Assembly (NCBI GenBank): GCA_024638305.1
Contig: JAHEKN010000001.1
Location: 5,542 to 69,541 of the forward strand
Source of the DNA: Gemmatimonadota bacterium
GTDB lineage: Bacteria > Gemmatimonadota > Gemmatimonadetes > Longimicrobiales > Gaopeijiaceae
Direction of reading: 5' to 3'
DNA: 64,000 nt
The translations under genes and the position numbers were made by a program. Shown piece by piece: positions 1 to 8,195 of the stretch (position 1 is the first letter of the stretch; each line of letters begins with the position of its first letter). A model generated the notes under the pieces. It was not told where the DNA came from. It made no database searches and saw nothing but the letters and a program-made list of their open reading frames with translations.

Positions 1-646
1 GGCCTGCCCCGATCCCGATCGTGGGAATGTCGAGCCGCTCGCTGATGCGGGCTGCGAGCTCCGAGGGCACGAGCTCGAGCACCACGGCGAAGCAGCCCGC
101 CGCCTCCAGCTCCAGGGCGTCGGCCTCCATGCGCTCCGCGTCCGACGGGGCGCGCCCCTGGACTCGGTAGCCGCCGAGCTGGTGCACGGACTGGGGCGTC
201 AGGCCGAGATGTCCCATCACCGGAACGCCCGCCGACGTCATGCGGCGCACGGTCTCCGCTATGGCGGGACCGCCGCCCTCGAGCTTCAGGGCGTTGACCT
301 CCGACTCCTTCATCGCTCTCCCCGCGCTCAGGAGCGCTTGCTCGGCAGACACCTGATAGCTCATGAAGGGGAGGTCGAGGACCACGAACGACCGCGGGGC
401 GCCGCGACGGACGGCGGATCCGTGGTGGATCATGTCGTCCAGGGTCACCGGGACGGTGGAGGCGTATCCGAGCACCGTCATGCCGAGGGAGTCGCCCACC
501 AGGATCATGTCCACGCCCGCCCGCTCGAGGTAGCCGGCCAGCAGGTGGTCGTAGGCTGTCAGGACGGTGATGGGTTCGCCCCGACGCTTCATTTCGCGAA
601 ACGAATGCACGGACTTCGCGCGCTCTGGACCGCTGCTCGTGGTCAC
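1..646 (-). CDS. panB: 3-methyl-2-oxobutanoate hydroxymethyltransferase (ketopantoate hydroxymethyltransferase), partial; C-terminus lies beyond the left edge
   Basis: Not in the ORF track because it runs off the window. The minus-strand translation reads [84 protein letters not shown]...[25 protein letters not shown]. These are typical PanB motifs ([19 protein letters not shown]). GTG at 646 is taken as the start; an in-frame ATG at 592 is the alternative. Confidence 0.85.
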   Translation of the reverse strand, partial: MTTSSGPERAKSVHSFREMKRRGEPITVLTAYDHLLAGYLERAGVDMILVGDSLGMTVLGYASTVPVTLDDMIHHGSAVRRGAPRSFVVLDLPFMSYQVSAEQALLSAGRAMKESEVNALKLEGGGPAIAETVRRMTSAGVPVMGHLGLTPQSVHQLGGYRVQGRAPSDAERMEADALELEAAGCFAVVLELVPSELAARISERLDIPTIGIGAG

Positions 647-836
647 GGATGGCCTGTCGCCGGGCCGGCGGCTTCGAAGGGTGGCTCGACGGGCCCGACC
701 CGGGCGGGCCCGACTCGCTAAAGCGTGATCGGGCTGGCATTTGCGCCGATCAGGCGGCAACCTATCCCTGCGACTCGATCGGTGTCAATCGACGGTGCGG
801 CGGGAATGGCGCGCCCGGGGCGGGGGAGGAGACGAT

Positions 837-2432
837 ATGCCGGTTCGGTGGGACTCGGTACTCACCCGCGCCGTGGCGGAGGAATTGAGCGAGCGGCTGA
901 GCGGTGCCCGCTGTCGGGCCGTGCACCTGCACGCCCGGTCCCGCACTGTCTGGATCTTCATGGACGACGCCGGGCTCGAGATCGCACTGGATCCCGCGGC
1001 CGGGTCGATCCGGCTCGTCGGGGAAGCTCCGCCGCACCGGGACGCCACACCACTCAACGGACGGGTCCTCGACGCGGTCGCGCCTCCCGACGAGCGCCGG
1101 CTGATCCTGTCGTTCCTGCGGAAGCGAGGAAAAGCCCGTCGCGTGGATCTGGTACTGGAGTGGGCCGGAAATCGCCGCAACGCGGTCATGATCGACCCCG
1201 ACGGGGGTCGGGTCGAGGACGCCCTGCCCTTTCGGGGGCCCGGATCCGAGAGTGTTCGGCCGGGTGGGCTCTACCGCCCACCGGCGCCGCCCGACCGCGA
1301 CGGTGTGGACGGCGAGGTGTCGTTCGATCGCTTCCGGGAGCTTGCCGTCGGGCCTCGCGAGCTCATGGGAGGGCTCGCATGGACGTCTCCCCTGAACGCG
1401 GGGGCGTTGGTGGCCGAGCCCGAGGCCGGTTGGGCCCTCTGGAAGCGCATCGCCCGTGGCCGGGAGACGGAGCCTGGACTTCTCGAAGGCCCCCGCGGGA
1501 CCCAGCCCTATCCGTTTCGGCTCCCGGGGCAGGGGTTCGAGCCCACCGACGGCGTGCTCGCCGCGTTCGCCCGCTCGAGTGAGGACGCTCCGGCTGCCAT
1601 CGACCCCGAGGCCCTCCGGCGACTGGACTCGAGCGAACGGTCGCTGGCCCGCAGGCTGGACGCCGTTCGGCGGGAGTTGGCTTCCCAGCCCGAGCCGGCC
1701 GAGATCAGGCGGATGGGTGACCTGGTTCTCTCGCGGATCGGGGAACTTCGGCGCGGGATGTCGGAGGCCCGCCTGGAGGACTTCGACGGAAATGAAGCCA
1801 CGGTCCCCTTGGACCCGAGCCTGGAGCCACACGAAAACGCCGCCCGCATCTACGACCGGGCCGGACGGGCTGAGCGGGCCCGTGCGGCCCTCCCCGGCAA
1901 GATCGCGGAGATGGAGGGGCGCCTGCTTGAGCTGTCCGAGCTTCGGCGGAAGCTGGAGGCGGGCGAGGCTGGCGTCGAGGACGTGCCCGAGCCACCCTCA
2001 CGGAGCGGCGGCCACCCGGCCGATTCCGCCCCAGCCCTTCCCTACCGCAGCTACCGTAGCAGCGGTGGCCTGGAGATCCGGGTCGGCCGCGGCGCCCGCC
2101 ACAACGACGACCTCACGTTTCGGCACTCGAGACCGGGCGACGTCTGGCTCCATGCCCGCGACGCCGCGGGCGCGCACGTCGTTCTCCGGTGGAGCCACGC
2201 CGACGCGCCCCCCGCCCGGGACCTGGAGGAGGCCGCGGTGTTGGCGGCTCTGGGCAGCCGGGAGCGACACAGCGGCCTGGTGGCCGTGGACTGGACGCGA
2301 CGGAAGCACGTGCGCAAGCCACGCGGCGCGCCGCCGGGACTGGTGGTGCCGGCCCGCGTGAAGACCCTTTTCGTGGCGCCAGATCCAGAAACAGCCCGAC
2401 GCCTAGCAACAGATTCCACTGCAGGCACTTGA
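837..2432 (+). CDS. NFACT-family protein (fibronectin-binding protein A / RqcH-like, NFACT-N plus DUF814/NFACT-R)
   Basis: ORF 741..2432. The internal ATG at 837 is preceded by GGGGGAGGAG. The N-terminal region (ERRLILSF...LEWAGNRRNAVMID) resembles NFACT-N. It has a central coiled-coil. The C-terminal region (GGLEIRVGRGARHNDDLTFRHSRPGDVWLHARDAAGAHVVLRW) is the DUF814/NFACT-R signature. Confidence 0.75.
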   Translation: MPVRWDSVLTRAVAEELSERLSGARCRAVHLHARSRTVWIFMDDAGLEIALDPAAGSIRLVGEAPPHRDATPLNGRVLDAVAPPDERRLILSFLRKRGKARRVDLVLEWAGNRRNAVMIDPDGGRVEDALPFRGPGSESVRPGGLYRPPAPPDRDGVDGEVSFDRFRELAVGPRELMGGLAWTSPLNAGALVAEPEAGWALWKRIARGRETEPGLLEGPRGTQPYPFRLPGQGFEPTDGVLAAFARSSEDAPAAIDPEALRRLDSSERSLARRLDAVRRELASQPEPAEIRRMGDLVLSRIGELRRGMSEARLEDFDGNEATVPLDPSLEPHENAARIYDRAGRAERARAALPGKIAEMEGRLLELSELRRKLEAGEAGVEDVPEPPSRSGGHPADSAPALPYRSYRSSGGLEIRVGRGARHNDDLTFRHSRPGDVWLHARDAAGAHVVLRWSHADAPPARDLEEAAVLAALGSRERHSGLVAVDWTRRKHVRKPRGAPPGLVVPARVKTLFVAPDPETARRLATDSTAGT

Positions 2433-2438
2433 CCTATT

Positions 2439-3881
2439 TCAGGTCACGTACTCACTGACCTTGATGCCGTACTTCTGCGGGTCGGTCGTCTTGATGATGG
2501 ACGCCCGCAGCTGTCCGGTGGACTCGTCGACCTCCGACAGGTCGATCGTGTAGGGCGACGGCCGGGGGACGCCCATCGAGTCCGAGATTACGACAACCTT
2601 GGGCTGGTGCACGTGCATGGGGTCGCGGTTGGCCTGCGAGACCACGGCCATCTCCAGCGAGTCCAGAATGACGAGCGTACCCACGGGGAACACCCCGGTG
2701 GCGTTGATCAGCGTCTTCACGAGTAGCGGGTCGAACCCGCGCCGAGGACTGTCCCGCATCTCCTGGAGCACCTCGTCGGCGGGCCAGGGCTCGTACTGAT
2801 AGCTGCGGACCGAAGTGGCCGCGTCGAAGGCGTCCGCGACCGAGACGATTTTCGAGAACAGGCCAATCTGCCGCGGGCGCTTGGTTCCCGGATACCCGGA
2901 CCCGTCCGCCCGCATGTGATGCTCGTACGCCATGAGCATCTGCCGGTAGGGAACGTCGGGGAAGCCCTTCAGGTCGAATAGCCCGAGCAGCCCCTCGGTC
3001 GGATGCTCCTTCATGATGGCCCACTCTTCGTCCGTCAGGCCCTTGGGCTTGTTGATGATGTCGGGGTCGATGGTCATCTTGCCGAGATCGTGGAAGAGCG
3101 CGCCCAGGCCCAGCTCGTAGAGCTGCATCTTGTTCATCCCCAGGCGCTGACCGATCACCAGGCTGAAGATGCAGACGTTCACCGAGTGCGTGAACGTGTA
3201 CTCGTCGAAGTCCCTCATCGTCGTCATGGCGATGATGGAGGGCTCGTTCGACAACACCTGGTCCACGATGGTCTGTACGGCACGCTTCACCTTACGGACG
3301 TTGACCGCCTTCCCCAGGCGGACGTCGGTGAGGACTTCCTTGGCCACCTTGACGGTGCGCACGTAGGTGCGCTTGGCAACGGCCAGGGCCTCCTCGTCGT
3401 CCTGCTCCGGGCTCTCGACCTCCGACTCCCCCTTGAAATCGAGATGGAGAATCGGCGTCCCGTCGATGGCCTGAAGGAACCCCTGGTAGGGATCCTGGCC
3501 GGCGGGCTTGCGCAGTAGGATGGAGAACAGGGCCGGCCACTCCTCCTTGGTCACGCCGCTCATGACCCACAGGGATCCGATCCCGTGGTCGTGCAGGACC
3601 TTGGCGACGTTGCCGAACGTCGCGTAGGTATTGAGGTCCAGGCGCAGGCGGGTCTCGTTCAGGAAGAAGAACTCGCCCACGACCCGCAGCTCGACGCTGC
3701 CTTCCCTGCTGGCCATCTCCGACGCCAGCCCGTGGAAGTCGGCGATCGCGTGCTGCACGGTCTCGTTCTCGACCGGGTAGAACTTGAGGGCGCGGAGCGC
3801 TGCATAGAACCCGGCAAGAAAGCGTCGTCCCTCGTCCTGGGTACGCAGCTTCTCGCCGCGGTCGCTGTCCGCGTTAGTCAT
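2439..3881 (-). CDS. HD-GYP domain protein (putative cyclic-di-GMP phosphodiesterase) with uncharacterised N-terminal domain
   Basis: 480-aa ORF. HD motif: THSVNVCIFSLVIGQRLG...LGLGALFHDLGK. GYP motif: HHMRADGSGYPG. The ATG at 3881 overlaps the stop of the upstream gene by 8 nt (ATGACTAA). Confidence 0.85.
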   Translation of the reverse strand: MTNADSDRGEKLRTQDEGRRFLAGFYAALRALKFYPVENETVQHAIADFHGLASEMASREGSVELRVVGEFFFLNETRLRLDLNTYATFGNVAKVLHDHGIGSLWVMSGVTKEEWPALFSILLRKPAGQDPYQGFLQAIDGTPILHLDFKGESEVESPEQDDEEALAVAKRTYVRTVKVAKEVLTDVRLGKAVNVRKVKRAVQTIVDQVLSNEPSIIAMTTMRDFDEYTFTHSVNVCIFSLVIGQRLGMNKMQLYELGLGALFHDLGKMTIDPDIINKPKGLTDEEWAIMKEHPTEGLLGLFDLKGFPDVPYRQMLMAYEHHMRADGSGYPGTKRPRQIGLFSKIVSVADAFDAATSVRSYQYEPWPADEVLQEMRDSPRRGFDPLLVKTLINATGVFPVGTLVILDSLEMAVVSQANRDPMHVHQPKVVVISDSMGVPRPSPYTIDLSEVDESTGQLRASIIKTTDPQKYGIKVSEYVT

Positions 3882-5742
3882 TGTCGTCGTCTTCCTTGCG
3901 TAGGGCGCGGCTCACCGCGCTCTTCACGACCGGCTCCTTGGCGTTTTGAGCGACCCGGAGCGCCGACACGGCGCTGGCCATGCCGGAGCGGCCCAGGCCG
4001 AGCGCGGCGCACGCCCGGATCTCCTCGGGAGCCTTGCGACCCAGAAGTCCCTTCTTGTTGAGGATTCGGGCGAGGAAGCGGACGGCTTCCTCGCCGCCGA
4101 GGGCACCGAACGCCTCGAAGAACGCGATCTTCTCGGACACGTCTGCCTGCTTGAGCTGGCGTCCCATGACGATCTGCTTCACACGGCCGGCCGCCGGCGC
4201 ATAGCGGAGCTTGGTCAGGCCCTTGGCCGCGGCGATGCGGATCTCTCGCTCCGAGTCCGACAGCGCCCGCTCCAGACCCGCCGCCGCGGTCGAGGCCTTG
4301 AGGTCCACGGACGCCTGTACTGCGGCCAAGCGAACGCTGTCGTCGGCGTGCGACATCAGTTGGCCCAACTGCGACCCGGCCTGGGAGAGCCCCATGCGTC
4401 CAGCGAGCTGGCAGGCACCCGCCAGCACGATCGGGTCCTCGGACCGGAACAGACCGACGATCGCCGCCGGGTCGCCCGAGCCGATGTGCGCGACGGCGTC
4501 GAGCAGGACTGTCTGGATCCGCCGGTCGTCCGTGTGCTGCGATGCCCGCAGAAGCGGCTCCAGGGCTCCGGCCCTGAGCTGCTTGAGGAAGTCGCCCAAC
4601 TCGCCGACCGAAGGCGTGATGGTCCCATCGAGCAGCGACTGCACCAGCTCGTCCATGGCTTCAGAGGCGGAGATGTCGTCCAGGATCCTGTTGGCCTCGC
4701 CCACGTTTTCCGGAGACAGTAGCTCCGAGCTCCCGGTGAGCACCCGCAGCTGCGAGAGGATCTCGGTGGCGGAAGCCAGTGCCCCGTGGCCCAGAAGGTT
4801 GGGCAAAAGGCTCCGCAGGATCCCCAGGATGCGCTGGTGGCGGTCGGGGCGGCCCGCGTCCTCGATGCGGTCGAACAGCGCCGTCAGGACGTCGTGCCGG
4901 AGGTCCCGCTCCATCTCGCGCTGGAGCTCCTTCTGGAGCTTGAGGGCCTCGTTGGGGTCCAGCGAGTACAGCGTCGGGTTGAAGTCGTCCGGCCCGATCT
5001 TGGGCTTGTGAGCCTCCTGCGCCGGCTCTTCCCCCGGACCCGCCGACTCGCTCTCCTCGGCCTCGTCTTCGAGGGAGCCGGCCTCCTCCGTCCACACCAT
5101 GGACAGGTCGCCCACGTCCCCATCGGGCTCGGGCACGTCGACGGTCTCCGCGAGCACGTCGACGTAGCGATACTGGAAGTACTGCAGGTCCTCGTCCCAG
5201 AGGATCGTCAGCAGGTCCTCTCCCTCCGGACGGAGGTTGCGGGCGCGCTGGAGGACGCGCAGCAGGCGTTCGAGCTCGCGCGCCTCGACCCCTGGAAGGA
5301 ACTGGATCTCGCGGACACCGTCCTTGAAGAACAGGAACGCCAGCGACTCGGATCGGGTGTCGTTCTCGTACACGACCTCGTCGAACCACAGGACGCGGAA
5401 TTCCTCGACCTGCACGCGCAGCTCGTCCGTCTCGTCCCAGAGCTCCTGGAAGGCGCCCCGCAGGTTGTTGACGAACCGCTGATAAACCGGGTTGTTCTCG
5501 TCGTAGAGCTGGAACGCCCGTAAGGCTTTACCCAACGTGACAAAGAGTTCCTGAGCGTGTTCGATGGGGACTGCGGGAATGTCCCAATCGGCCACAGGAC
5601 TGGTGGCCCTCGTACGTTGGTCCGTCACTCGGCTGACCCTTCCCCGGTTTCCTTGCACAACGCCGTCTGGACGGGGGTCCACGCGCACGGCGTCCCAGGG
5701 GGGGTTGAGCAGGATTCGTTCCACGGCGCCGCATCCGATCAC
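3874..5742 (-). CDS. HEAT-repeat protein with N-terminal domain paralogous to that of the downstream HD-GYP protein
   Basis: 622-aa ORF. The C-terminal third has HEAT/armadillo-like repeats (DDSVRLAAVQASVDL, DSEREIRIAAAKGLTKL, EEIRACAALGLGRSG, VKSAVSRAL). An acidic linker (EDEAEESESAGPGEEPAQE) is present. The start is uncertain: GTG at 5742, or GTG at 5595 (VADWDIPAV...). Confidence 0.6.
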   Translation of the reverse strand: MIGCGAVERILLNPPWDAVRVDPRPDGVVQGNRGRVSRVTDQRTRATSPVADWDIPAVPIEHAQELFVTLGKALRAFQLYDENNPVYQRFVNNLRGAFQELWDETDELRVQVEEFRVLWFDEVVYENDTRSESLAFLFFKDGVREIQFLPGVEARELERLLRVLQRARNLRPEGEDLLTILWDEDLQYFQYRYVDVLAETVDVPEPDGDVGDLSMVWTEEAGSLEDEAEESESAGPGEEPAQEAHKPKIGPDDFNPTLYSLDPNEALKLQKELQREMERDLRHDVLTALFDRIEDAGRPDRHQRILGILRSLLPNLLGHGALASATEILSQLRVLTGSSELLSPENVGEANRILDDISASEAMDELVQSLLDGTITPSVGELGDFLKQLRAGALEPLLRASQHTDDRRIQTVLLDAVAHIGSGDPAAIVGLFRSEDPIVLAGACQLAGRMGLSQAGSQLGQLMSHADDSVRLAAVQASVDLKASTAAAGLERALSDSEREIRIAAAKGLTKLRYAPAAGRVKQIVMGRQLKQADVSEKIAFFEAFGALGGEEAVRFLARILNKKGLLGRKAPEEIRACAALGLGRSGMASAVSALRVAQNAKEPVVKSAVSRALRKEDDDND

Positions 5743-5762
5743 GCCCTTGCGTTTCGGGTAAC

Positions 5763-5795
5763 GTTCGGGTACTGTCTATTCGGTACTTGTTCGGT
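5763..5795 (+). promoter_or_regulatory. Candidate LexA operator / lexA promoter element (direct repeats TTCGGGTAC, TTCGGTAC, TTCGGT; contains ATTC-N7-GTTC)
   Basis: Sequence GTTCGGGTACTGTCTATTCGGTACTTGTTCGGT lies 25-57 nt upstream of the lexA ATG. ATTCGGTACTTGTTC (5778-5792) is one mismatch from the GTTC-N7-GTTC direct-repeat LexA box described for Alphaproteobacteria and Acidobacteria. Confidence 0.3.
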
Positions 5796-5819
5796 TTCCC
5801 GTGCCCGGAGGAGGGTCGG

Positions 5820-6428
5820 ATGCCCCTGACCAAGCGGCAGAAGGAGATCCTCGACTTCATCGAGGCCTTCATTGCCGAGAACGGGTACGCGCCCAGCTTC
5901 GAGGAGATCGCCGATTCCTTCGGCTATGCCTCGCTGGCCACGGTCCACGAGCACCTCTCCAACCTGGAACGCAAGGGATACATCAGGAAGTCCTATAACG
6001 AGAGCCGCTCGGTGGAGGTCGTCCGGGAGGAGTCCGGGGCCTACGCCATGGAGTTGCCCCTGCTGGGTTCGGTGGCGGCGGGAATGCCGATCGAGGCCAT
6101 CGCGGATACCGAGCGACTCGCGGTCCCCGGGGACATGGTGCGGCGCGGCAGCGAGAACTACGTGCTCCGCGTGCAGGGGGACTCGATGATCGATGAGCAG
6201 ATCCGCGACGGCGACTACATCGTGGTGAGCGCCCAACGGACGGCCAACGACGGCGAGATGGTCGTGGCCCTGGTAGGGGGCGACTCGGTGACGGTCAAGA
6301 AGCTCTATCGGGCACCCGGTGGTCGAATTCGACTGCAGCCGGCCAACGTTGCCATGGAGCCGATCGTCGTCGACGCATCCGAGGTCGTGGTGCAGGGCGT
6401 CGTGGTGGGGGTCATCCGCAAGTACTGA
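5820..6428 (+). CDS. lexA: LexA repressor (SOS regulator, S24 peptidase)
   Basis: MPLTKRQKEILDFIEAFIAENGYAPSFEEIADSFGYASLATVHEHLSNLERKGYI is the winged-HTH region. LPLLGSVAAGMPIEA is the cleavage site region. VQGDSMIDEQIRDGDYIVV and VTVKKLY carry the Ser/Lys dyad. The ATG at 5820 is preceded by GGAGGAGGG. Confidence 0.95.
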   Translation: MPLTKRQKEILDFIEAFIAENGYAPSFEEIADSFGYASLATVHEHLSNLERKGYIRKSYNESRSVEVVREESGAYAMELPLLGSVAAGMPIEAIADTERLAVPGDMVRRGSENYVLRVQGDSMIDEQIRDGDYIVVSAQRTANDGEMVVALVGGDSVTVKKLYRAPGGRIRLQPANVAMEPIVVDASEVVVQGVVVGVIRKY

Positions 6429-6500
6429 GGGGTTGGGGTCGGCTCCGGAATGCCGGTCCGGGGGGACGGGCCATGAGGGGCGTGCGAAGGGGGGAGGAGG

Positions 6501-6650
6501 ATGAGAGTACCGTTCGCCATCGGGCGGCTCACGGATCGGAGCACCGAGATCGTCGTCATGGACACCGGAGAGCGCGCGCCCATTCCCGGGCCGTGGACGC
6601 TCCAGGCGCTGATCCGTTCAGAGCGGGTCCTGAGGCTCCTCAGGGTCTGA
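6501..6650 (+). CDS. Candidate small protein (49 aa), unknown function
   Basis: Not in the ORF track because it is below the size cut-off. ATG at 6501 is preceded by GGGGGGAGGAGG. Translation: MRVPFAIGRLTDRSTEIVVMDTGERAPIPGPWTLQALIRSERVLRLLRV, stop TGA 6648-6650. About 42 of 49 codons end in G or C, as in neighbouring genes. It fills most of the 265-nt lexA-truA gap. Confidence 0.4.
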   Translation: MRVPFAIGRLTDRSTEIVVMDTGERAPIPGPWTLQALIRSERVLRLLRV

Positions 6651-6693
6651 GCGGATCGCTTGACTTGCCGGGGGGTGGATCTACCTTTCCGGC

Positions 6694-7512
6694 GTGATTC
6701 CCGAGGGGGACATTCGCCTTCGGTTGACCCTCCAGTTCGACGGTACTCGGTACCACGGGTGGCAGGTTCAGCCCAGACACGCCACGGTTCAGGGTGAACT
6801 GGAGCGCGTGGTCGAGCGTCTCACCGGGTCGCGGCGCCCGGTCGTCGGCTCGGGGCGGACCGACCGGGGCGTTCACGCGCTCGGTCAGGTGGCGGCGGTC
6901 GACCTACCGTCCCGCTGGACCCCGGAACGCTTTCGGAGCGCGTGCAACGCGCTCCTTCCTGGCGACATCTGGCTCTCGAGTGCGACGCGCGCCACGGCGG
7001 ATTTCCACCCCCGCTTCGACGCGGTCGCGCGCACCTACGTCTATCGGGTCGCCGTGGACGGTCGGGCCCGGTCTCCCTTTCGTGCTCCCTATGCGTGGCC
7101 GCTGGGGGTGCGCCCGGCAATGGAGTCCCTCGACCGGGCATCCGAGCGCATTCGGGGTGAGCACGCGTTCGGCGCGTTCGCCAAGAGCGGGCAGCCGGAG
7201 CGCGGCGAGCGCTGCACCGTATTTCGGACGGGCTGGTCCGAGTCGGACCAAGGTGCCGAGCTCCGTTGGTTCGTACGCGCCAATCGCTTCCTTCACCACA
7301 TGGTCCGCTATCTCGTGGGAACGATGGTCGATATCGGGCTGGGCCGACGCCCCCTCGATGACATCGAGGACCTGCTTGCACGCCGAGCGGGGCTGGTGAC
7401 GTCACCGCCCGCTCCTGCGGCAGGGCTCTTTCTGGCGCACGTCGAGTATCCGGGGGAGGGCTCGCCGGCAGATGCCGAAGAGCTCGCCCATTCCTTCACA
7501 GACTTCAAATGA
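6694..7512 (+). CDS. truA: tRNA pseudouridine(38-40) synthase
   Basis: RLRLTLQFDGTRYHGWQVQP...GSGRTDRGVHALGQVAAVD...FLHHMVRYLVGTMVDIG are TruA motifs. GTG start at 6694. Confidence 0.9.
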   Translation: MIPEGDIRLRLTLQFDGTRYHGWQVQPRHATVQGELERVVERLTGSRRPVVGSGRTDRGVHALGQVAAVDLPSRWTPERFRSACNALLPGDIWLSSATRATADFHPRFDAVARTYVYRVAVDGRARSPFRAPYAWPLGVRPAMESLDRASERIRGEHAFGAFAKSGQPERGERCTVFRTGWSESDQGAELRWFVRANRFLHHMVRYLVGTMVDIGLGRRPLDDIEDLLARRAGLVTSPPAPAAGLFLAHVEYPGEGSPADAEELAHSFTDFK

Positions 7513-7528
7513 GCAGCGACCGACCCGC

Positions 7529-8185
7529 ATGAAGATCTTTCTCGACACCGCCGACCTGGGCGAGATCAGACGCGCCGCCGAAGCCGGTCTGATCGACGGC
7601 ATCACCACCAACCCCTCTCTGGTGGCCAAGGTCGCCGGCGATGGAGACCCCCGTGATCTCTACCTCGAGATCTGCGAGACGGTGGATGGGCCCGTCAGCG
7701 CCGAGGTGGTTGCGGTGGACGCCGATCGCATGGTCGCGGAGGGAACGCGCCTGGCGTCCATCCACGACAACATCGTGGTCAAGGTGCCGCTCACGGAGCA
7801 CGGCCTGCGAGCCTGCCGTCGTCTGCGCGCCGAAGGCATTCGCGTGAACGTCACGCTCTGCTTCTCGGCACCGCAGGCCCTGATGGCCGCCAAGGCCGGG
7901 GCAACCTACATCTCGCCGTTCGTCGGTCGACTGGACGACATCGGTCACGACGGCATGGGTCTCATCGCTGAGATCCGCGAGTCGTACGATCAGTACGGGC
8001 TCGAGACGGAGATCCTCACTGCGTCCATCCGACACACCCGGCACTTCGTGCTCGCCATGCGGATCGGATCGGACTGCGCGACCATTCCGCCCAAGGTCTT
8101 GTATCAGTTGATGAAGCACCCGCTCACCGACAGCGGGCTCGCCGCCTTCCTCAAGGACTGGGAGACCATCGGTCGGGAGATCTGA
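7529..8185 (+). CDS. tal: Short-type transaldolase / fructose-6-phosphate aldolase family protein
   Basis: MKIFLDTADLGEIRRAAEAGLIDGITTNPSLVAK...IVVKVPLTEHGLRACRRLRAEGIRVNVTLCFS...YISPFVGRLDDIG. About 218 aa, typical of the TalC/FSA class. ATG at 7529 lies inside ORF 7472..8185. Confidence 0.88.
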   Translation: MKIFLDTADLGEIRRAAEAGLIDGITTNPSLVAKVAGDGDPRDLYLEICETVDGPVSAEVVAVDADRMVAEGTRLASIHDNIVVKVPLTEHGLRACRRLRAEGIRVNVTLCFSAPQALMAAKAGATYISPFVGRLDDIGHDGMGLIAEIRESYDQYGLETEILTASIRHTRHFVLAMRIGSDCATIPPKVLYQLMKHPLTDSGLAAFLKDWETIGREI

Positions 8186-8195
8186 GAGTCCGCAG

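Noticed and set aside
5771-5790. E. coli-type SOS box half-site TACTGT upstream of lexA.
   Set aside because: No ACAG partner lies at the required N8 spacing. The direct-repeat interpretation is reported as a low-confidence finding instead.
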